64,000 nt of DNA from a virus. The DNA lies in IMG/VR virus record IMGVR_UViG_3300032011_003203, positions 17,265 to 81,264 of that record. One strand, 5' to 3'. Shown here in pieces: positions 27,681 to 38,348 of this stretch; the first letter of the stretch is position 1; the number at the start of each line of letters is the position of its first letter. The notes beneath the pieces were generated by a model that had not been told where the DNA came from, searched no databases, and saw nothing but the letters and a program-made list of their open reading frames with translations. The translations under genes were made by a program, and so were the position numbers.

Positions 27681-30600
27681 ATGTTACAATATGGTTTAAC
27701 AGATAAAGACAGAGAACAATTAGAATATCCTAAACAATTGTATAGTGGTTTTGGTAGAGATGCTAATGACTTCATACATTTCTATGTCTATGATATGGAG
27801 GATAATTTATTAGAAGATGATATCCTAAAACCAGGTGATGTTTTATTCAGAGACGATAATACTATTGATTTAGATATTGGTGGACACGTCAGAGATTTAG
27901 GTTATGAAGAAGGTCAATTTAAAGTTAAGTATCTTTTTCTTAGACGATTAGCTGGTAAAAAAGAAACCATTATGGTGAACGATGAGGGATTCATCAATAT
28001 GGGAAAAATTTCTACTAAAGTTATTAATGGTAAGACAAGATATTTTAAAGGTGGAATGAAACCTACTAACCAAACATTAGAAGAAGTATTTCCAAAAGAA
28101 ATGAAGTATGTGGTGAAAGAAGTATCACCATCAAAGAATGAAGTAAAAGTAGATGTCCAATTAATTAATAATGTTTCTTATCGTAAAAACTTTGCTGGTA
28201 TAAATAAAGATTTTGTTTATGTACCAAAAAGAATTGGTGGTGCAAATGCAGGAACAGTCAGATGGGATAAAACTGATGGTAATGTTTTAATAATGACACC
28301 AGGTGTTGGTGAACGAGGATTTACAGATGCAATGGTTGGTGGTGAAGTTGTTGTTAAGGGTATGTATGAATACACTTTAACAGAAACTAAAATGGTAGAG
28401 ACACTTGTTAGAAAAGAAACAGAAGTTTTAATTAATAGACCTACGAAAAGCATACCACCAAGACCAGATGAAAAGAAAGAGTTCTTTGATGATATTGTAA
28501 AAACTACAGTCGATAAAGAACCTGTCGGAGTAAAAGAAATATTAGAAAAGACACCAGGCCCAGACCAAGATTATGATGATTATAGAGATAGGGATGATTA
28601 TGGAAGTGTTTGTTTTACTGGTGATACAAAAATTAAATTAAGTAACAATCGTACCATTCCAATTAAAATGATGAGACCTGGTATGAAAGTTAAAACCGAA
28701 CAAGGTTATGCAAAAGTATTAAAGGTAGTTAAAGATAACAGACCTTACGGAGATAAATTAGTTCGTTATAAAAATCTTACCACTACAGACCATCACCCGA
28801 TTAAACATCAAGGTAAATGGTATTTAGCAAATGAAGTTGGTACAGAATTTAAAGCTGAGGCATTAGATGTTTGGAATCTAATACTGGACAAACACCACAC
28901 TATCATTGCTAACAATATAACATCTGCAACACTTGGTAAGTGGAATAGTATTGAACATTTCTTAGGTGTTAGAGATAGAAGAATTAATATGTTGAGGGTT
29001 GCAGAAGATTTTGAAGATACTGGTGGAGGTGGTGGTTCATATGTACCACCAGCAGACCCATCACCATCAGACTCAGTAATAGAAGAGATAATGACTGAGG
29101 TAGGAGATAATATACAAACAGATGATGAGGTTGTTGATGAAAGAGGATATGCAAAAGGATTAGAACCTACTAATGAATATATTGTTGATAGGAGACCAAA
29201 AGCTTTTACAAAAGAAATAATTGAAGATTTTGCTACTGATGAAGATTCAATAGCAAAATATAAAACAGTCGTTACATTTGATACTGAATTAGTTCCAATT
29301 GATGTATTTAAACAAGTACCAGTTGATTATGTTGGTAAGGTTGTTGAAATTTTAGATTTCGATAGAATACGAGTTGATACATCTTACGAAGAGGGAGCAA
29401 ACAAATCAGACCATAGTGGGCCAGATAGATTCAATGATATCTTTACAGATTCATTTGTAACATATAGAAAAAACAAGATAACAAGATTAAATACTTATAT
29501 GGTTACTAAAGAGGGATATCATTTATGTATTAATATGTTAGATGCCCCAACACAAACTTTACCTGATAGTGATAAAAAATTACCAATAAGAGATGTAGCA
29601 GATAGAACTGCTCGTTATGTTAAAACTTATAAACCATTACCAGATACAATTGAACAAAATGATTTAGTTTATTTCGTAGAAGAAAAAATGGAGCCATACG
29701 AAGATATGGTTAAGATAACTAAATTTGTAGAAGAGGACCCCGTAGCATTATTTTTAAGAGTTCCAAATTTAAATTCAACAACCAATCCAATTAATTTTAG
29801 AAGTACTAATTTTAAAAAGTATGATGATTTAATTGGAACTGATACTTCAGTTCAAGATGATATAACGAATCACATACACTCAAGTAGTTTATTAGATGTA
29901 CAATTGGGTATTGATTATTCCATACGAACTGATGCACTTGGTAGTGATAGAACTGATTATGGATTTGGAAACTTTGTTAATTTTGGTGGAGCGGAAAATA
30001 GAATAAGAAACTTTAAAAAGAAGATAAAATTAATTGAGGGTTATAAAACTGATTCACATGCATTGATAAATATTACATCATCTGCAGATACTCGTGCAAA
30101 TATTAATATGAGAAAACGAGAAGTTATAAATAGTTTTGACCCATATGAAAATTATCTATATACAGTCTCATCAAGTTATGCAACAAGTTCTCTTGGTGAG
30201 TTCTATGATGCATCTTGGCCTAAGACAAGTGGTTCAAGAGAAGATGGCACAAACTTTATATTAGAACATACAAGTGGTTCAACATTTACTACTTGGTTTG
30301 ATACTTGGACTGGATACGCAAAAGATTTCGATACATACAATCAGAATAGATTGGTAAATAATTTACCACTGCATGTAGCAAGTGATACTGAGAATAAAGT
30401 ATTCTTAGATTTTATGGATATGACAGGACAACAATTTGATGAGATATGGGGATACATAAGACACTTTACAGATATCAATGAACGAAGTAATAAATTATCA
30501 GAGGGTATCTCTAAAGATATAGTTCGTGAAGTTGCAAAGAGTATGGGTTTTGAAGTTGATAGTGGAAATGATTTAGTTATTTTACCAGAATACTTATTAG

Positions 30601-32717
30601 GTAAAACAGCAGATGGTCAAGATAAATACGAATCACCACAAGAAGCCGTAACCGAAGAAATATGGAAAAGAATTTTAGCTAATATGCCATTCTTTATGAA
30701 GAACAAAGGTAACCAACGAGCAATGAAAGGTTTGATAAATTGTTATGGTATTCCAAGTTCTATTTTAAGAATTAGAGAATATGGTGGACCAGATTTAAAT
30801 GATAGAGTTAGTCACGAAATAAAAAGAAAGTTTAGTTACGCTGCTGATTTTAAATCAAGTGAGTATTTACAATTTCCTTGGCAAGATGATAGTACAAGTG
30901 GAATCAAACCAGAAACTTTAGAATTTAGATTTAGAGCACCAACATCAAAGGATATGACATTAGTTCAAAAGGGTGTTGGTAATCATAGTTTTGCAATTCA
31001 AATACAAGATAATGGATTAACTGATGCTTATGGTAAATTAAAATTTAGTGTATCTGCATCAACAGGTATTCAATTTATGACATCATCACTACAACCATAT
31101 TATAATAATGATATGTGGAGTGTGATGTTAACACGAGTATCACAAAGTGGGTTAGATTTAACTGCAGATGGAAATGCACAAGATATAACATATCAGTTAA
31201 CATCAAAACAATATGATGCTACAAGACAAGTTATTTTATATCAAACAAGTGAAAGTGTAAATATAGATGGAAATGCTTCAGCAGGAGCAGCGTTTAATAA
31301 ATCAGTACACGATGATGGTACATTTTATATAGGTGGTAACGGAGAGTTTGGTACAAGATTTAGTGGTTCAATGCAAGAGTTTAGATTGTGGAGTGAACCA
31401 TTATCACAAAGTGTATTTGATAATCATGTCCAAGCACCAAAGAGTTATAATGGTAATACAACAAGTTCTGCATATGATAATTTAATATTTAGATTACCAT
31501 TAAATGATAATACTGATTTAAATACTTTACCAGAATCACTTGATGATAAATCTTACACTACAAGTTATTTTCCAAGTGCGAGTGCAGTTGGATTTAGTGG
31601 TAATCCATTTAGAAGTTTAGTAGACCAAGAAAAACTAAGAGTTCCAAATGTAGGACCGTCTCGTAGAAATGCAACAAAGATTAGAACTGAGGCAACAAAA
31701 CTAACTGGTAACTTATCTTCTAATATTAGAGTTGAAGCATCATCGTTAGATTTTGCACCAATAGATAGTAATAAACTTGGAGTATTCTTCTCACCTACAG
31801 ATGTAGTAAATGAAGATATAATGTATTCATTAGCAGATATAAATCTTGATAATGAAATTGGAGACCCAAGAGACCAATATTCTGATTACTATCGTGGATT
31901 AGATAGAGTACAAAGAGATTATTGGAAAAAATATAATCGTTCAAATAACTTTTGGGATTATATGAGAATTATAGAATTTTTTGATGGTAGTATATGGAAA
32001 CAATTAAGAGCAATGATTCCAGCAAGAACAAATGCAACACTTGGTTTATTAATAGAACCAAATATTTTAGAACGAAGTAAACAAGTTGTAGGAAAAATAC
32101 CAGAGTTTGAAAATACATATTATGAAAATGCTGGACACTTTGCAGATGGAATACAATTATCAAGTAGATTAAGTAGTTCCGATTCACCAAATCCATATTC
32201 ACTATCTGGAGAATATCCAGTATATGAAAGTGAAATAATATTATACACAATGGATAGTGGTTCGGTTGGAATATTAGGAAATCCAACATTGAACAAAATA
32301 GATGAGATAGACCCACGAACACCATTCTTATCATTATACGCAACAGCAAGTATTACATTTGGTGATATAGATACAACATTTGAAGAGACAGTTCAACCCT
32401 TTATAACTGCTTCTCGTTTATCAGAACACAACGATATTAAAGTTCCTTACTATACGAGTTCATTATCAGATTCGATAGCAAAAGGATATGGATATCACAC
32501 AGAATTTAATGGAAACTATCAATTTAGTGCATCATTCGAGAGAAGTTCATTTACAAGTGTAGCACTCGATTCTTCACTATTTAGATTGTTTTATAAAGGT
32601 AGTAATTTAACAAAAGATAACACAATAGATGGACTAGACCCAGTCGAAATAACAATTACCACACCTACTAAGTTGGTAACACAAGAACCTGGTGATTCTA
32701 AGTTAAAAGTTGAGTAA
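27681..32717 (+). CDS. Large virion/baseplate protein with internal Hint domain and LamG-like domain
   Basis: KNKGNQRAMKGLINCYGIP..REYGG baseplate-type segment; FSGSMQEFRLWS LamG-like motif; Hint domain at 28611-28937. Confidence 0.7.
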   Translation: MLQYGLTDKDREQLEYPKQLYSGFGRDANDFIHFYVYDMEDNLLEDDILKPGDVLFRDDNTIDLDIGGHVRDLGYEEGQFKVKYLFLRRLAGKKETIMVNDEGFINMGKISTKVINGKTRYFKGGMKPTNQTLEEVFPKEMKYVVKEVSPSKNEVKVDVQLINNVSYRKNFAGINKDFVYVPKRIGGANAGTVRWDKTDGNVLIMTPGVGERGFTDAMVGGEVVVKGMYEYTLTETKMVETLVRKETEVLINRPTKSIPPRPDEKKEFFDDIVKTTVDKEPVGVKEILEKTPGPDQDYDDYRDRDDYGSVCFTGDTKIKLSNNRTIPIKMMRPGMKVKTEQGYAKVLKVVKDNRPYGDKLVRYKNLTTTDHHPIKHQGKWYLANEVGTEFKAEALDVWNLILDKHHTIIANNITSATLGKWNSIEHFLGVRDRRINMLRVAEDFEDTGGGGGSYVPPADPSPSDSVIEEIMTEVGDNIQTDDEVVDERGYAKGLEPTNEYIVDRRPKAFTKEIIEDFATDEDSIAKYKTVVTFDTELVPIDVFKQVPVDYVGKVVEILDFDRIRVDTSYEEGANKSDHSGPDRFNDIFTDSFVTYRKNKITRLNTYMVTKEGYHLCINMLDAPTQTLPDSDKKLPIRDVADRTARYVKTYKPLPDTIEQNDLVYFVEEKMEPYEDMVKITKFVEEDPVALFLRVPNLNSTTNPINFRSTNFKKYDDLIGTDTSVQDDITNHIHSSSLLDVQLGIDYSIRTDALGSDRTDYGFGNFVNFGGAENRIRNFKKKIKLIEGYKTDSHALINITSSADTRANINMRKREVINSFDPYENYLYTVSSSYATSSLGEFYDASWPKTSGSREDGTNFILEHTSGSTFTTWFDTWTGYAKDFDTYNQNRLVNNLPLHVASDTENKVFLDFMDMTGQQFDEIWGYIRHFTDINERSNKLSEGISKDIVREVAKSMGFEVDSGNDLVILPEYLLGKTADGQDKYESPQEAVTEEIWKRILANMPFFMKNKGNQRAMKGLINCYGIPSSILRIREYGGPDLNDRVSHEIKRKFSYAADFKSSEYLQFPWQDDSTSGIKPETLEFRFRAPTSKDMTLVQKGVGNHSFAIQIQDNGLTDAYGKLKFSVSASTGIQFMTSSLQPYYNNDMWSVMLTRVSQSGLDLTADGNAQDITYQLTSKQYDATRQVILYQTSESVNIDGNASAGAAFNKSVHDDGTFYIGGNGEFGTRFSGSMQEFRLWSEPLSQSVFDNHVQAPKSYNGNTTSSAYDNLIFRLPLNDNTDLNTLPESLDDKSYTTSYFPSASAVGFSGNPFRSLVDQEKLRVPNVGPSRRNATKIRTEATKLTGNLSSNIRVEASSLDFAPIDSNKLGVFFSPTDVVNEDIMYSLADINLDNEIGDPRDQYSDYYRGLDRVQRDYWKKYNRSNNFWDYMRIIEFFDGSIWKQLRAMIPARTNATLGLLIEPNILERSKQVVGKIPEFENTYYENAGHFADGIQLSSRLSSSDSPNPYSLSGEYPVYESEIILYTMDSGSVGILGNPTLNKIDEIDPRTPFLSLYATASITFGDIDTTFEETVQPFITASRLSEHNDIKVPYYTSSLSDSIAKGYGYHTEFNGNYQFSASFERSSFTSVALDSSLFRLFYKGSNLTKDNTIDGLDPVEITITTPTKLVTQEPGDSKLKVE
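28611..28937 (+). other. Hint (Vint-like) autoprocessing domain
   Basis: CFTGDTKI N-terminal block, TTDHHPI (TxxH), VWNLILDKHHTIIANNITSATLG; no terminal His-Asn. Confidence 0.75.
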
Positions 32718-32787
32718 AAACTTTGGATTCTTATATTTATATAATGAACGCAATCCATCTTAGTTCAAATCAATAGGAGTAAAAACA

Positions 32788-33555
32788 ATGGGATTTTTAA
32801 ATAACACAAGCGTAACCGTCGATGCCGTTCTTACGAAGAAAGGTCGAGAATTACTCGCAAGAGGTCAAGACGAGTTCAAAATAACGAAATTTGCTTTAGC
32901 AGACGATGAAGTAGATTATCGTTTATGGGATACAGCTCATCCTAATGGGTCTAATTATTACGGAGCAGTAATAGAAAACATGCCGTTATTAGAAGCATTT
33001 GTAGATGAGAACCAAATATTAAGATATAAATTAGTATCTCTTCCAAAGAATACTGCAAAACTTCCAATCTTGGAAGTTCCATCACCATCATTGGTTTTTA
33101 ATGGACCTGGTATTACACAGACCATTACACCAAATACAAGAAATGGTAGTGATGCAGAAGCAGGATATAGTTTCGTATTACACGATGCTACTATCGCTAA
33201 CTTAACACCAGTAATTGTTAAGAAGAAAAAGAAGAAGATGAAAGCTAAGGGTAAGAAGAAATTCTTTAAATTAGGTGCAGCACAAAAGTTAGGTGCAGCA
33301 GCATTAATGGAAGAATTTGATTTTATTCAAAAAGAAGATATAGATGATTTACAAGTCAACACTGGTGCAACAACACCAGTATTCCTAAACGAAGAAGAGA
33401 GAAAGCGTTCAATCACTCTACAAGGTAGGTCAGTAAATCTTGTATCTCGTTCAGTAACAGCAGATACTTCAACCAACATAACGGTCGTGGGATTATCAAC
33501 AGGTGCAACATTTAATGTAGCAGTTACGATAAAAGCCGACCAAAGTACATTATAG
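32788..33555 (+). CDS. Virion structural protein
   Basis: MGFLNNTSVTVDAVLTKKGRELLA..FALADDEVDY N-terminus recalled from large aquatic myoviruses; Lys-rich insert. Confidence 0.65.
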   Translation: MGFLNNTSVTVDAVLTKKGRELLARGQDEFKITKFALADDEVDYRLWDTAHPNGSNYYGAVIENMPLLEAFVDENQILRYKLVSLPKNTAKLPILEVPSPSLVFNGPGITQTITPNTRNGSDAEAGYSFVLHDATIANLTPVIVKKKKKKMKAKGKKKFFKLGAAQKLGAAALMEEFDFIQKEDIDDLQVNTGATTPVFLNEEERKRSITLQGRSVNLVSRSVTADTSTNITVVGLSTGATFNVAVTIKADQSTL

Positions 33556-33564
33556 GAGTAAGAG

Positions 33565-34575
33565 ATGTCAGTATTTACAAGATTCGATTTTTCAAATGAT
33601 GTAGTGGAGAACCAAAGAGTAAAAATCTCAAGTGGTATCTTTAGTGGTGGAAGTGGAACTTTAACTTCTTTCTTTACTGCATCTTCACAAGGACAGGTAA
33701 CTGGTTCACATTTATCTATTTATCATCAAGACCCTGCAACAAGTGCAGCAACTGCTGAGATACAATTCTCATTAGGATATGCACACTTCAATGGAAGTGG
33801 TTCTGCTGGTAATACTACAAAATTAACTACGGGTGGACAAGATTCTAAAGCAATGTATAGACAATTTTCTAATGTGTTGTTACCACCATTAACAGAAAAG
33901 TTTTCTTTTACAAGTGCACCATCTGCATCTGATGATTTCTACTTTATTACTTTTAATAGAGCAAGAATGAGAGAAAAGATTGACCCAGGTAATTGGGAAT
34001 TAAAAGTTGGTACAACACACTTGATAGATGATAGTGGTGCTACAAATAATCCAACTGTCAATGAGGGTGGTAGAGTTTACAATGTTGTTACTGGTTCATT
34101 AGAGACTGGTACAGGAGTTGTAAATACTGCTGCAACATCACAGACAGGTGGTTCGATTGGTTCATTTTTTCCAGATTTAGGAATCATATTATTAAATGCA
34201 ACTCATATGGATGATATTGCTGGAATGGCTACTGCAAGAAGTGCAGATGCGTTTGATGATAATCCTAAAAAGTTTTTTAATAAAATTGTAACTGGTGGAA
34301 AGTTTCAAGTAAGAAGAGAAGAGGAGATTAATTCTACTAATTTCTTTTGTAGGGTTAATAACAAAAAGTATAACTTTAGTGCTAATCCAACATTCTTTAC
34401 TGGTTCAGATGGTTCATTAACAAACTCAACATTCTTTAAAGACCCTAAAGTGTACATTACACAAGTAGGACTTTATAATGATGATAATGAATTGTTAGCA
34501 GTTGCAAAATTGAGTAAACCAATATTAAAATCATATTCAAGAGAAGCTATAATAAAAGTAAAACTTGATTTTTAG
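33565..34575 (+). CDS. Virion structural protein
   Basis: C-terminal YITQVGLYNDDNELLAVAKLSKP..VKLDF; paralogous to the next gene. Confidence 0.7.
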   Translation: MSVFTRFDFSNDVVENQRVKISSGIFSGGSGTLTSFFTASSQGQVTGSHLSIYHQDPATSAATAEIQFSLGYAHFNGSGSAGNTTKLTTGGQDSKAMYRQFSNVLLPPLTEKFSFTSAPSASDDFYFITFNRARMREKIDPGNWELKVGTTHLIDDSGATNNPTVNEGGRVYNVVTGSLETGTGVVNTAATSQTGGSIGSFFPDLGIILLNATHMDDIAGMATARSADAFDDNPKKFFNKIVTGGKFQVRREEEINSTNFFCRVNNKKYNFSANPTFFTGSDGSLTNSTFFKDPKVYITQVGLYNDDNELLAVAKLSKPILKSYSREAIIKVKLDF

Positions 34576-34584
34576 GGGTAAGTA

Positions 34585-35592
34585 ATGTTAAAGAACATTG
34601 ACCCATCAGATAAGTCAATCAGACCTTTTAAAGTATTTAAAGATTTCACTCTTACTAATATTAGTAGTGGGAGTGGACATCTTGTTTTAAAAGCAGTTAG
34701 TGGTTCTATTCATAATTTTATGACTGGTTCAGCTGCATCACAAAGTTTTGGAAAATATGTTCCTGCAAGTGGTGGATTTGAATTTGGTACATACTACGAT
34801 ATTCCAAATTACTTTATGATTAAGAATGCGTATTATGAAAATGATGAACCACTTAGAACTTTCGGTAGTAACAATTATACAAAAACAAAAAAAGTATTAC
34901 ACGGAAGTGCAAGAGTATTCACAATACCAAGAAACTTATTTGGTGAAAAAGTAAAACCTGGTAGTATCCAAATGGATGTAACTACTGGTGGAATCACTTA
35001 TGATTTACGAGATGATGGTGATGGTAATATTTACGATTACAATTACTCATCAAGTTTTGCAGCTTACAAATCAAGTTCTTTTGATTATGATAAAGCAGAT
35101 GCAAACGGAAGTGGTTCACAAGTAGGAAATGCTTTTTATGAGCATGGTGTGATAGTAATCACAGATACGGGTTCATTATCAAATGCTGGAACTGATACTG
35201 GTCACGATTTAAAATATAAATCTACTCAAACAATTTATGAGTATGAATATGTAGTTACTTTAGAACCTAATGAATATAATGCTACAACAAATATAAGTTC
35301 AACATTTGAACGAAGTGGTAGTATTTCAGTAGGTAAAGGTAGTAACAATATATCACAATTTTTTCCACCTGGTTCAGACCCATCTGGACAAGGGACTGGG
35401 AGTTATAAAGAAGAATATAATGCAGCAACAAAGTATGAGGGATTCGTAACACATTCAGCGTTCGAACCTTATCTAACAACAGTCGGTTTGTATAATGATA
35501 GTAATGAGTTATTGGTGGTTGGTAAATTAGCTAAACCAGTCAAATTATCAAAAGAAACACAAACTTCGATAGTTGTTAGATTTGATGTATAA
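34585..35592 (+). CDS. Virion structural protein (paralogue of 33565-34575)
   Basis: YLTTVGLYNDSNELLVVGKLAKP..VRFDV. Confidence 0.7.
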   Translation: MLKNIDPSDKSIRPFKVFKDFTLTNISSGSGHLVLKAVSGSIHNFMTGSAASQSFGKYVPASGGFEFGTYYDIPNYFMIKNAYYENDEPLRTFGSNNYTKTKKVLHGSARVFTIPRNLFGEKVKPGSIQMDVTTGGITYDLRDDGDGNIYDYNYSSSFAAYKSSSFDYDKADANGSGSQVGNAFYEHGVIVITDTGSLSNAGTDTGHDLKYKSTQTIYEYEYVVTLEPNEYNATTNISSTFERSGSISVGKGSNNISQFFPPGSDPSGQGTGSYKEEYNAATKYEGFVTHSAFEPYLTTVGLYNDSNELLVVGKLAKPVKLSKETQTSIVVRFDV

Positions 35593-35708
35593 TTTGTAAA
35601 TATATTATATTTATTATTGGAACGAAGAGTTCCAAAATTTAATCCGTAGCATACCCGCGAGCGGAAGGTTAACATAGAGATAGAATAACAACATATAAGG
35701 AATTTTAA

Positions 35709-38342
35709 ATGTCCAATTATTTAAAATCTTTGGTTCTATTATTGGTACTTTCCCTATCGTGGGCACAAGAGCCGATAATCCGAATCAAACAAACAGGCGA
35801 ATATAATTTACCAAAAACTTGGTGGAGAGAATCGGAAACTTTCCAACTACAAACATACCTTGCAGATGATAAAGATAATCCTGCATTGTATAACAATAAC
35901 TTTGATGCATTTAGAGATAGTGTGATGACAATGGAAGTTACACTTGATGATAATGGTGCAGATATAACAGCATTTAGATTAGATATAGTTTTTGACAATG
36001 ATTTAATTGATTGGGACCACGATGATACAGAAGTATTAAAGGGTTCTCACTTATCAAGTGCAACAGAGGGAGATTCAACTGCAGGAGCAGATTACTCATA
36101 TGAAGTTGTACACTATTCTAATGTAGGATATATTGATTCACTTCAAACTGCAGATGGTGAAATATCTGAAAACAATAATAGATATGATTGGTTAAGAATC
36201 ACTATGGTATCACACAATGGAAATACTTTTGAATTTGGTGGTGGTGATGGTGTACAAAAACAATTAATAAAATTAAATTTTAAAATAGAAGATGTAGTAG
36301 ATAATTTTTCACCACAATCGTTTAGAGTTCCAACATTATACAATGGTGGTTTTGGGTACTACACATACGCTTCAGATGATTATCTTTTAGATTACAAGGT
36401 TTACATCGATGGTAATTGGGGAACGGAAGAAACTGATGATGGTGGTGCTCGTGGAGATATCACACTACATCCAAAACTTTTAGATGTTGAGGGATTCTTT
36501 AGATACGCACAAAGAAATGGTACTAATGATGATAGAACTTATCCTTATTGGAAAGTTGTATTTGAACTTGACCAAAGTAATCCAGGTAGTGTTTCTAATT
36601 GGTATAACATTGAGGATATAGATGATGAGACAAGTAATACTGATGAAACCACTACTGATGATGTTATCGGTGATGGAACATCTACATTTTGGTTTGATGA
36701 CCAAGGAACTACTGCAGCACAAACTTTACCAGGTGAGGGTTTCTTAGGAATTAGTTATTATGATTCTACATTTGTTGATGATAGAGGATATTTTAATATT
36801 CAATTACCAAGAAATAATTACTATCGTGTATCGTTTTATCCACCAGATGCAGATGATGATATAGGTACACATACACAATACGAACTTGATAGATATGCAA
36901 TTACAAATATTAATGATGCTATTGCTGCATTTAATTTTCAAAGTAACAAATGGAAATCAGTAACAGGTGTTGATACTTTAGATGCAGTTGAATATTTTAT
37001 TGGTGATGTTGATGGTGATGATGTATTTCAATTAAATGATGCTTATTTCTTATGGGCATATACTTCAGGTATATTTGAAAACTATACACACTTAAATGGA
37101 AACTCATATGAGAATTGGAGTACGATTGATACATTAAAAGAAAATGGTAATCCATTTCCATATGAATGGTATGAAGATTTAGGAGCACAGAAATACGAAT
37201 TTACAGTCTTTGAGGATGATGATTTTGACCAATCCGAAGAATTAAATTTTGGAGTAATAGAAGTTACTAATCCATTGATGAATACAATTCAGACTGGGTT
37301 AGATACTTTGGGTGTAACATTAGGTGCAGGTAACTCTACATATGGTAGTGATGCTAATCCAGATTTAACTTTACCTGATTGGGGATATTTCTTTACAGGA
37401 GATATTAATAATACTGGTACTAAAGTACAAGAACCAGGTAATGATGCAGATGGGTATATAGATGTAAATGGAACAACATTCTATCGTTGGGGTAACGGAA
37501 GTGCACCAGGTACTTGGGCAAATAAAATTGCTACTCAAACTCCAGATGTATTTTTCTCAATGCCAGCAGATTCAACTGTCAGAGTACAAAGTGGTGACCA
37601 AATAGAAGTACCATTTTATATTACACCAGACCAATTAAAAAATATTGATGTTGCTGGATTTGAGTTCGAGGTGTTATTCAATACCAATCAGTTAACATTT
37701 ATTGATATGAAAACAGATGTTCTTCCAGGCCCGTGGTTTACTTATGTAAATGTACACGAACCTGATGATATAGGGTATCAGAAAGTATCGTTTGGTGGTA
37801 TGGATTATTCACCAGGTAATGCACCACAACAATATTGGATTAATGAACCTATGATTGCATTGAATATGATTTTCCAAGCAGATTTTCCTGATTCAGAGTG
37901 GACTGAAGCAGATGTACAATTTGTTGGTAAAGGTGTAGCTGGTAATCCAAGTGGTCAAGATTTATTAGTAAATAAACAAGATGGTAAAATATTAGTATGG
38001 AATAAGTATTGGGCATTCGGTGGTGGAGAACCAGATGATGATGAGATAACTTATAACTATCCTAATCCATTTAATGAAACTACAAAGTTCCAATTTTATG
38101 TAGATGAGTTAACTGATGTTAAAATCTACATCTTAAATTCAATGGGACAGTATATTGGTAAATTATTAGATGAACCAGTTTCACAAGGTATTCATACATT
38201 TGATTTTAGTAACACACCAGGTGCGTGGTTACCAGAAGAAAGTGTTTATCAAGAGCATAAAGTATTAGAACCAGGTGTTTATATATTTGTTCTTGAAACA
38301 GATAAGAGAATTAAAGCTAACAAATTCACGGTCGTGAAGTAG
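35709..38342 (+). CDS. Secreted acidic protein with two cohesin-like domains, a dockerin/EF-hand-like motif and a T9SS-type C-terminal sorting domain
   Basis: Sec signal peptide; ITAFRLDIVFD and VAGFEFEVLFN cohesin-like strands; GDVDGDDVFQLND; NYPNPFN...PGVYIFVL...KFTVVK C-terminal domain. Confidence 0.78.
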   Translation: MSNYLKSLVLLLVLSLSWAQEPIIRIKQTGEYNLPKTWWRESETFQLQTYLADDKDNPALYNNNFDAFRDSVMTMEVTLDDNGADITAFRLDIVFDNDLIDWDHDDTEVLKGSHLSSATEGDSTAGADYSYEVVHYSNVGYIDSLQTADGEISENNNRYDWLRITMVSHNGNTFEFGGGDGVQKQLIKLNFKIEDVVDNFSPQSFRVPTLYNGGFGYYTYASDDYLLDYKVYIDGNWGTEETDDGGARGDITLHPKLLDVEGFFRYAQRNGTNDDRTYPYWKVVFELDQSNPGSVSNWYNIEDIDDETSNTDETTTDDVIGDGTSTFWFDDQGTTAAQTLPGEGFLGISYYDSTFVDDRGYFNIQLPRNNYYRVSFYPPDADDDIGTHTQYELDRYAITNINDAIAAFNFQSNKWKSVTGVDTLDAVEYFIGDVDGDDVFQLNDAYFLWAYTSGIFENYTHLNGNSYENWSTIDTLKENGNPFPYEWYEDLGAQKYEFTVFEDDDFDQSEELNFGVIEVTNPLMNTIQTGLDTLGVTLGAGNSTYGSDANPDLTLPDWGYFFTGDINNTGTKVQEPGNDADGYIDVNGTTFYRWGNGSAPGTWANKIATQTPDVFFSMPADSTVRVQSGDQIEVPFYITPDQLKNIDVAGFEFEVLFNTNQLTFIDMKTDVLPGPWFTYVNVHEPDDIGYQKVSFGGMDYSPGNAPQQYWINEPMIALNMIFQADFPDSEWTEADVQFVGKGVAGNPSGQDLLVNKQDGKILVWNKYWAFGGGEPDDDEITYNYPNPFNETTKFQFYVDELTDVKIYILNSMGQYIGKLLDEPVSQGIHTFDFSNTPGAWLPEESVYQEHKVLEPGVYIFVLETDKRIKANKFTVVK

Positions 38343-38348
38343 GAAAAG

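Noticed and set aside
33213-33305. Lys-rich insert with a TTAGGTGCAGCA duplication in the 32788 gene
   Set aside because: In-frame low-complexity loop with only two short copies; no evidence of a separate element.
19443-38342. A phage mini-cellulosome (GH6 docking on the cohesin protein)
   Set aside because: The GH6 has no signal peptide or dockerin, and the genes are about 15 kb apart in different transcription units.
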